A stretch of 64,000 nt of DNA, taken from positions 3,021,695 to 3,085,694 of the forward strand of contig NMRA01000001.1 of NCBI GenBank assembly GCA_002633005.1, in the 5' to 3' direction. Numbering within the stretch: the first letter of the stretch is position 1; every line of letters starts with the position of its first letter. The notes beneath the pieces were generated by a model, which saw only the letters and a program-made list of their open reading frames with translations, was not told the DNA's origin and did not search any database. The translations under genes and the position numbers were made by a program. Of the stretch, positions 55,505 to 64,000 are shown one piece after another. The stretch comes from Phoronis australis. Lineage: Eukaryota > Animalia > Phoronida.

Positions 55505-56532
55505 CTGAAAGGAAATGGAAACAATTAATTTGTTTAAGTATGCTGCTTAAAACGTTTTCATGCTAGTCAGTTTCAAATTACACCGAGTACTTTGATTCAT
55601 TGTTAGCATTAGAGTCTTTCTCAATTTTCTTCTTAGTCTAAATAAGTCACTTAAAAGCATTTATCAAAAGCAGCTGTAACCTAGGCTTCAATAAATTTGA
55701 TCACAATTTAGGCGTTTTTTTTTTCAGTGAAATGACCGAGATCTTGATGATTATGTTTTTGATAGTTTTTTCCAGACACCCGTTTGTGTCTAATAGAATA
55801 TAAAGATGACATTTTCAAGTTCCCTTCAAAATTTGTGTGTTTTCCATACACATAAATTTTCATGGAAATTGCCGAATTTCCTAACAACGCAAATTTCTTC
55901 GTACAACACTTACAAACCCAGTTTCTTTAATAAATCGTGTCTTTCTAAAGCCTTTTAGCTCAAGAACTGCTGTCAAAAAGAGAAGTCATCAACATTCCTT
56001 GACTTTTGACAGCCCACCTCTCCAGTTAAAAGGCCATGAAAGAAATTCCCAGACACTTTGCAGCAGATACAGACATAGCAGAATTGCTGGGTAGTTGCCA
56101 ACAGGGAAATATATCATCATACTATAAATGGTCACCCTATGGATATTACTGTAATGAGTAACTAGATAGAAGAAAAACTTAATAGGAAACAAAATTTGCA
56201 AATTTTGGGCTAAAAATATGTGTTTGACTGTGCAAAATTCAGCAGCTCCATGAAAAATCATGTTTTTTGAAAAAATGCAATCATAAAATTACAAACATTG
56301 CTTTCGTGCACATGAAACGATTCTGTGATCAACAAGGATCTTAAAAACATGCGTGAGGTTTTATGGGTGTACTATTAATACCTTTAAAGGTAATTTAAGA
56401 AATTTGATCTAAGGTAATGAAGGTACCCTATGTACTTTAGAAATTTCTTGGCAGTCATTCTTTTAACCAGTCAAAAATAACTACTAGTCACAATAGATTT
56501 AACACAGTTACTGTAAAACATTTAACATTTAG

Positions 56533-56630
56533 CACTGTTAAAACACTGTTAAAACGCTGTTAAAACGCTGTTAAAACGCTGTTAAAACGCTGTTAAAACG
56601 CTGTTAAAACGCTGTTAAAACACTGTTAAC
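56533..56630. repeat. 11-bp minisatellite c(a/g)ctgttaaaa, about 9 copies
   Basis: Read directly from the sequence. Confidence 0.95.
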
Positions 56631-56777
56631 AGTGTCAGATTGCTGTTGGGAACTAAAACGATATCAAAATCTTAATCTCTTCTTAAATTGTGAAGTATTT
56701 AACAGTGTCCAAAAGATCAATTTAAAAAGAGACCAAGATTTTGAAATCGGTTTAGTTCCCAACAGCAATCCAACACT
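56631..56777. mobile_element. Long foldback (arms about 60 bp), probable MITE
   Basis: agtgtcagattgctgttgggaactaaaacgatatcaaaatctt pairs with aagattttgaaatcggtttagttcccaacagcaatccaacact. Confidence 0.85.
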
Positions 56778-56865
56778 AAAGTCATAAAAGTTATCAACAA
56801 AATGAGACAACAACATCGGCAGGTACATCAGTACGGCAAAACATGTCAAACAAAAATGTTAATAC

Positions 56866-56977
56866 CTAGAGAGTGAGCCACAATGGAGACTTTGCCACCG
56901 TTGGCTTCAAAATAAGGATGCCTAACACAAAACATGCCGTACAATCGATTCAGCTCTGTTTGCAGACCGTGAGTGAT
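56866..56977 (-). CDS. DDHD1: DDHD1-like catalytic-serine exon, copy B (AHSLG), mutually exclusive candidate
   Basis: ttttctctag|...|gtatta, 112 nt, phase 0-1; ITHGLQTELNRLYGMFCVRHPYFEANGGKVSIVAHSL(G). Confidence 0.92.
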
Positions 56978-57254
56978 CTAGAGAAAATCAAAAGAAATCA
57001 TAACACACAGCAACACAACTGTAGGACTGTGCACACAAAGGGGGGGATGATTTTGGACCTGTGAGCTCGTTGTCGGTAACAATTTTAAGCTAATCACATT
57101 TTTTGTCACAAGAATTCTCACATTTTGCACCTTTTTATTTGAGCCAACAAATACAGTCGCAAAAATCTGACAACTACACCTTTTCATAAAAGTCAGTCAG
57201 AATTAAAAACATATTTAAAAAGTCATTGAAAATTAGTGACACTAAAAAAAACAT

Positions 57255-57345
57255 TCAGAATTATTGACACATTTAAGCCAATCAGAATTAATGATACATT
57301 TAAGCCAATCAGAATTAGTGATACATTTAAGCCAATCAGAATTAG
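57255..57345. repeat. 27-bp tandem repeat, about 3.3 copies, each with agccaatcag
   Basis: Unit tcagaatta(t/a/g)tga(c/t)acatttaagccaa. Confidence 0.9.
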
Positions 57346-58022
57346 ACACAGAAGTCAATCAGGATTCGTGGCATGTCTAAACGAACACTAATGATGTTAA
57401 GCATGACTACCATAAAACCTTCATTGTGTTTATGGACTGACGGAAGCAAACATCATGTCAACAATGCCAGTCAGCTATTGAATAACGCACTTTGTAAAGG
57501 AAGCTGGCGTGTACTTGAAAATAATCATGAAACGACAACTAGAGGCATCCACAGGGCTACTGAATTGTCCAGTCCGACACTGGACAAGTGGTCAAACTCA
57601 ACACATGAAAATACAAACAATGGAATTAATGATATGCACAACTTTTAAAATTCAAAAATAATATTTGTTTCCATAAAAATTCTTCAGCTTAGGACATGAT
57701 ATGGATAAAAGATGAAATTCTGTTAGACACATTTCCCAGCAAAATGGGTTTAGTGTTACCTAGTTGTCATAGTTTGTATTATAAAGCTGTCGCAAAATAA
57801 TATTAGGAAAATTTTCGTAGCAACAAAGTAAGGTTTTGAAAAATTGAAATGTGCAAATTTTGGCACACATTTTAGTCCAACATTGAAGAATTTTCATCAT
57901 TTAGTAAAACGGATCCTTTTGGACAAATCATGAGAGATTCATAGCACGTCAGCACACTCATGTCTAAAATTCTATAGAAAGCTGAACAGACGAAGGAGTA
58001 GTATTAATTTGCACCTCTTTAC

Positions 58023-58134
58023 CTAGAGAGTGTCCAATAACTGACACCTTACCCCCACCTGCCTCAAACATGGGGTGTCTGAGAACAAAGCGGGAGTAAA
58101 GTTTGTTCAGCTGTGACTGTAATCCATGTGTTAT
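58023..58134 (-). CDS. DDHD1: DDHD1-like catalytic-serine exon, copy A (GHSLG), mutually exclusive candidate
   Basis: ctgttttag|...|gtaaag, 112 nt, phase 0-1; ITHGLQSQLNKLYSRFVLRHPMFEAGGGKVSVIGHSL(G). Confidence 0.9.
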
Positions 58135-58904
58135 CTAAAACAGCAGCAAGGAAGAGAGCAATGATCACTGTAGATCAGTTTAAAATTGAGGACTTTCACC
58201 GACAATCACCCATTTTTAAGTAATATTTGACAAGAGAAAGGTTAACACAGAAAGTAAATTGTGAATCGGGTAATTCGATGAAAATGAGCTGGGTAATTTT
58301 GCTTTCACAGAATGAAGTTTCATCAGTTTTTTAATAGGAGCACCATTTGTTAACTTTTCTGAAAACTACAGTGGTTTTGCTAAGTTTTACCTACAAATGG
58401 TGCGATATTTAATGAACACATTTTCTTAAGATCTAGGGAGTGCTTTACAAACACATCCCTCAATAGTGACAGTGAAACGTTATTATTTGCAATATGGCAC
58501 AGGATATTTCAGGAAGATTATTAATGAATTTTTTGAAAGTAGGAAAATATTTGCAATGAATACTTTTTACATTTGACAGAGACAAGATCGGAAAATTGAA
58601 GTTTAGAAATTAAAGAAGTGAGTCTTTGCATCATATTAAAATCAAAAGCACTTGAGAATGTTTATCCTTTAAAATATGTGATTTTTTAAAATCATATGAA
58701 CAATAACATCATTTCATCAAAATTTCAGAGTGACACTTCTAACTACCTGTTGGGTGTCGAAGTCTCTTCAAAAATATCTGATTTGAAGAAACTGTAGAAT
58801 GTGTCCCCAAGCATTGCGTAAAAAAATATGACAAATCGCACTCAAGATCATAAATCATTGTCTACGATGTAGAATACTGTTGTGTCACCACAACGTGAGC
58901 TAAC

Positions 58905-59011
58905 CTCAGATCTGTAGAGAGGGCTGGTGTAGTACAATATGTCCATAGCACTACTGTTGAGCAAGTGTCTCAGTCCCTTCACCTTCTGTGGTGTGATCGA
59001 GTCAACAATAT
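58905..59011 (-). CDS. DDHD1: DDHD1-like exon
   Basis: 107 nt, phase 1-0; DIVDSITPQKVKGLRHLLNSSAMDILYYTSPLYRSE. Confidence 0.95.
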
Positions 59012-59480
59012 CTATAAAAGAATGGTGATGCTCTGTCACGTACACAATAGTTCAATATCTATCCAATAAAAGTTGAGTAGTTCCGTCGGAAAATGGCAAA
59101 ACAACAAAAGCCAAATTTGTTGAAAACTGTCCAAGACGTCTTATTACAGAGGTCAATAAAATTAGTGCAAACAATTAACATCTATGGCCTCCATCAGCAT
59201 ATGTTTAATTTCGTGATTATTCAAAACATCCTATCTTTGATGTCTACACCACCATGATAAAGATGAGGGTAGCAGAAATTTTAGCCTTTCACTGTTTTGT
59301 GATAATTAACCTGGACGTATAAGATTAATTAAAAGTGAAAGTCAAAATAATCGGTATATATCAACCATGATCATCCCCAGTCTCACAATAACTTTGTAAG
59401 GGCCAACATCATTAAGTCCTCATCATCGGCAGTATCACTGTCATTATCTTTTGTGATTGTAACAATGAGTAATGATTAAC

Positions 59481-59593
59481 CTCCATCTAATTTCAGCGAT
59501 GACCTCCACTCCACAGGTAAGAATTCTGCTCTCTCTTCACTGGCATCATCTGAGAAGAGCTTCGACTTGATGCGGGTCACAGTGTTTCGAAGG
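59481..59593 (-). CDS. DDHD1: DDHD1-like exon
   Basis: 113 nt, phase 2-1; LRNTVTRIKSKLFSDDASEERAEFLPVEWRSSLKLDG. Confidence 0.95.
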
Positions 59594-59820
59594 CTGCAAA
59601 TAGACGTAGACGGTGGCATCTGTCATCGTAGATGATTGACACTGTTTAAATGGACAATTATGGCACATCCCATTATCAAACAATGGAACGTAAAACTCAG
59701 GTTGTTATCTAGGGGTCTAGCAGACATGCTGGCAAAATGCAGGGAAAAGGGTCTTAGAGTATTTTGTGGAATAATGTAATGCTACACAATACTAAAGAAC
59801 TCCTATCAGCTTTAACATAC

Positions 59821-59959
59821 TCTGAACAACAGCGGACGATGCGTCCCGTGTCCATCTTCTGTCCAATCCCATGTACCACAAAAACCAGGTGCGAGATGTC
59901 AGATGGCTTGTCATCCATTCTCGACTCGTACGCATAACCTCGCTCTAGTCGGGTGCCAG
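59821..59959 (-). CDS. DDHD1: DDHD1-like exon
   Basis: 139 nt, phase 1-2; GTRLERGYAYESRMDDKPSDISHLVFVVHGIGQKMDTGRIVRCCS. Confidence 0.95.
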
Positions 59960-60122
59960 CTGTAACCAGAAAAAACAGTCCTTTTAGTTCCGCTAAATTG
60001 AAATGACTATGTTGCTAAAATCGGTCAAAAAGTTGAAAACGAAAAAAGCGATGAAGACGTGCATTAAGAATAAATGACGTTTCAGTATATTCCATGTATC
60101 ATCAGAAGGATTATAGTTCCAA

Positions 60123-60250
60123 GACAGTCAATAGACAATACAGTCAGTAACGGACAATCAACAAATAATACAATCTTTAACGGGCAGTCCATTGAATAAA
60201 CAATCAGTAACGAACAGTCCACAAATACAATTAGTAATGGACAGTCAACA
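60123..60250. repeat. Degenerate minisatellite, unit about 30 bp
   Basis: Recurrent aatacaatcagtaacggacagtc-like unit. Confidence 0.7.
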
Positions 60251-60600
60251 GATACTACATCCTCCACATCAATGTGCAAGTGGCCTAACAGAACAATCTC
60301 CAAAATTCAAGACGTAATACGGTGGACTCATAGGAATTTTATTTTTACAATGTTCTATCAAAAACAAGTAGACAAAAGCAAATGCCTTTTGATTTATATA
60401 TCCTACACTGTAGCTACCGTTACACAATACTTTGGAAATTATGGGCATTCACAACGTAATTCCATGAAAAAGAAAACAATAATTTATGGCAAATTTGGCT
60501 TAACATTTTTGTCTGAACTTGGTAAGATTTTACCTGTCTACTAAGGTGATCTGCCTCATTACTTCAGTTTACATGACCTATTTACACTACACCTACTTAC

Positions 60601-60729
60601 ATTTCTGCATACCAAACGTCTGCCGCACGCTGCGGTACACACGTGACGATGTAGACTCACTGAACACATAAACTTCCATTGGACTGTTCCAGTCAACGTG
60701 AAACTCCTTGAACTTCATATTATGCACAA
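60601..60729 (-). CDS. DDHD1: DDHD1-like exon (most 5' exon found in the window)
   Basis: 129 nt, phase 1-1; VHNMKFKEFHVDWNSPMEVYVFSESTSSRVYRSVRQTFGMQK. Upstream exons are presumably beyond 64000. Confidence 0.92.
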
Positions 60730-63437
60730 CTGAAATATAGAAAAATATTTTTGTAAAGTCCCATGCCATGCCAATTAGATAAAGTTTAACACCTCACACC
60801 TCAAACTGAAATAAATCCGGTTAGTGGTAGTGAATCTTGCCTTAGAAACAATCAACAAACTCCAATCTATCCATAGCGGTATTTTGTGTGATAACGAATG
60901 GCAGCTCAACAACTAAAATACAAGCCGCTTCCATGCACAAAGTAAAACAATGGTTTTCATAGATGGCGCTGCATCACTAGAATTGATACTTCAACAGCTT
61001 ACATTCCCATAGTTAAAGAATAACATTTTCTAGTAGCTACTACTATTCACTACTTGCACAAATTCGCCATTATGCTTGAAAACGAGGTGTTGTGTCCAAT
61101 CTATAAATGGTTCTGCATGTTTGGAATGCGTGCTTTCACGTTTGTGTAGTTAAAATTGATGCTAAAACGAGGTTTTGTGTCCTAAACAACAATGCACAAC
61201 AATCATTTTTTGCAGCGCCACCAGAGTGCAAGTAATGAATTGCTATGACTCTTATAACAACAGAACTAAAAATAAAAGCGTTGCCAACGGACTTGCATGC
61301 TGTTGGGGGTTCAAAATCAAGGCTTTATCGACTGAGGCATATTGAATGCTGTGTTTAGAGTCACATGCACGCCAACTGAGCATGACACACGCACATTGAA
61401 GAGCCAGTAAATCTGTTTACTGAGAAGTTAACTAGCGATGCTAGCTTTGGTCTGAAAGAAGTTGAATATTTGCACTGAGAGACAATCCTCAACGTGTTTA
61501 CGTTGGTGTGAATGGTACTTTTTGAAAGCTACTTTCACACTTACAAGCGGATAACTTTCCACAAAAGGATTCGTCTAACCAAGACATTTCTGACAATCTG
61601 CTATGATATCGCCCTCTCAATAAAGTGGAAATATGATATAATTGGTCTACCAACTGATCAAAAATGGTGGTTATTTAATGAATTGACTTAGGTTGAGGAG
61701 AAATGTACTCCTTGTTTCACTTGCACTGACGAGAACAAATAACAAGTTTACTGTCTGGTAACCATTAGAACGTTCATTAATATTGAACGAACAGCTGGAC
61801 TAGAATAATTGAACTCAGCACAAACATATACATATCACACTATGGTAAACTCTCACAAATTTGAAAACAATATTATAGAAAAACAAATTTCTATTTTATA
61901 ATTTCCATTCTTTATAAAAAATTAGCAACACTAACAAATGATTTGTCGCTTTAAAGTTCTCCAACATATCTTCCATAAAATAATGATTTGGAAATTGTGA
62001 GCATGATCACAAGAATTTCAATTAAGCCTTTGCAAAATCTAAACGGATCAATTTCGGTAAATGTTTGCGTCATAAATAAGTGACATTTTCCCGCGAGTTT
62101 CTTCAACTATATACACTTTCACTGAGGGAATCCAGCATACTCCAATGTCCAAACACTAACGAGAATACTATACATCTAGCCTCTACAGCAATGTAGTGCA
62201 GTAGAAATTGTATTGACTCATCCAACACTAATTGCAACATGAAGATTGTAATTATTTATTGGATTGCGATTAAGTCTCGTAAGTAATTACACTGTAGGTA
62301 GACCATTCTAAAATTGTGACAACTCTTAAATGTCTGCCTGACAGGTGTGCTGTTACTTTTCTTCTTTGCTTGCACCATGAGCAAGAGGCAAATGAATTTG
62401 ACTAATTGACTGAAGTCAGTCAAGAGCTAGGATTCAAACATTTGTGTGGAAGCGAAATTAACACAATTAAGACCACTGTTGACTGCACTCGTCAATATGA
62501 AATATGCAAAATAATGAAGAAAACAACATGAAACGTTGACCTTTGCTCGTAAGATATTTTTAACGGCTAACTTAAATGACAAACTCATGGTTTCCATGAG
62601 TGGTGAAAACTCGGGAAGTTTTTCAGGGGCGAAAACGCCAAAATTTAAACTGGATTGTGGCAATTTTTGCTCGCCGGGCTATTATCAGTAGTTTGTTTCC
62701 TCAGCACCTGAATCACCACTATAATTGGTTAATTCGACGATAAGCAAAAGCCTCTGCCTTAAGTGCATGCCCGTCCTATGAAAAAAGCGGTCCAACTACA
62801 TGAGTGCTTGGCAAAATGACAGCACTTGTGAAATAACTGAAACCGCCAGGAAAACGCCACTTGTATTTACTGGCATTTTCAACATCAGAAAATGATATCC
62901 CTTCAACCAGCTAATACAGTTTACCAGTTATTGTCATGAAATTTTAAAAAATGAACACTCCCCATGAAACTAATGCATAATGACAAGATCAGATGTCATG
63001 ATTTATTGAAATATTTCTGGATGCTGGCATTTTATTCTCACCTGCCTGTCATCATCTACCTTCACTTTATCACATGAAAACTGACCTAATTCATATTTAA
63101 TATGTTTGCATTATCAGAACTTGGCATTTGGATAAATATCAGTCCTTTCCAGTCTTACTCTCAGACAAAACAAAAACGATGAATATAGACTACACGCAAC
63201 ACCATGTGACTAATCTAATAACGAGCACCCAGCACTGGCACAGTAACTTGACCCATGTTAAGTTTACATCTTCTTGCTCTGGGATGAGTTCCCAAAATGC
63301 AAAATCTTGCCAGTAAAGCTAGTGTGGTCAAGTGCTTTGTTTGTTGCAATGCCTGGAAATATCTCGCTAAGTCTCGCGTGGTCTTGGCATTTATTCTTTG
63401 TTCTTGATTCTACTGAACAATGCCCTGCTCTACTTAA

Positions 63438-63800
63438 AAGGATATTAAACCCTGTTTTGGTCTATGAACAGATACTGGAAACACCTTTGCCATCCAGTTC
63501 TCTTAATAAACCGAATAAAGCTTTGCAAACCTCGACAACCCTCAAAAGTTTGGAGCATATTTTGTAAACTCCTAAAAGTGTGCTAAACAATTGCAAGCGT
63601 GACCTAAGCTCTGGACGAATTACACATTAAACTGTAGAGAAGACAACCTATCAAGAACCATAATGTTGAATTTGTGACTAAGAGTCTATAAACTTTTACT
63701 CGAATTCTTCTTTCATCACTCATGTGGTACGCCAGTGATGCAATAACAGGTGGCAGAATAAGGATTGGTTGAAATCACCAAAACAGGGTTTAGTATCCTT
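63438..63800 (+). mobile_element. TTAA-flanked MITE, copy 3 (Kolobok-like)
   Basis: ttaa|aaggatattaaaccctgttttggt ... accaaaacagggtttagtatcctt|ttaa: 24-bp TIR with one mismatch and TTAA on both sides. Confidence 0.85.
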
Positions 63801-64000
63801 TTAATATCATCAGCTTAGTATAATGAAGGTTACCAATATGTTGCCAAGTTGGAACCCGCTTAATGGAATATATCCTGCTCATTATAGCAGTTCACGTTGA
63901 ACCAGAGCGCGTGGCACTTAGCAGGCTCCACTGTACTGCGAGAGCCCCTTTCACAGCACCATCTGTGGAGGACGATGAACACCAAGAATCGGCAGGAAAT

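Noticed and set aside
56533-57345. Short repeat arrays as possible CRISPR-like structures
   Set aside because: They are head-to-tail repeats without unique spacers, in a eukaryotic intron.
63042-63080. Candidate upstream DDHD1 exon with CAG|gtgaga donor
   Set aside because: The required phase-1 frame contains TGA stops and shows no DDHD1 similarity.

Overview
AT-rich, intron-rich animal genomic DNA. It is probably from a marine invertebrate deuterostome, inferred from the protein sequences and repeat content. Four spliced genes were reconstructed by hand, with every splice phase checked. (1) The 5' part of an LRRC74A-like leucine-rich-repeat gene (- strand, runs off the left edge). (2) Head-to-head with it, a complete 8-exon FCF1 (197 aa) whose first intron is GC-AG. 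(3) A complete 3-exon PPP1R27-like ankyrin/RVxF PP1 regulator (199 aa, acidic tail). (4) The 3' part (about 529 codons) of a DDHD1-like intracellular phospholipase A1 (- strand, 5' end beyond the right edge). The main finding is in DDHD1: the exon carrying the catalytic serine is present twice (58023-58134, GHSLG; 56866-56977, AHSLG). Both copies are 112 nt with the same phases, and their synonymous sites are heavily diverged, which points to an old mutually exclusive exon pair swapping the active-site segment. One copy also has an in-frame internal donor that would delete the nucleophile. The rest of the window is intron and intergenic DNA with several MITE families, a tRNA-derived SINE, tandem repeats and a repeat family carrying CTCF-like motifs. 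Most supplied ORFs are spurious.
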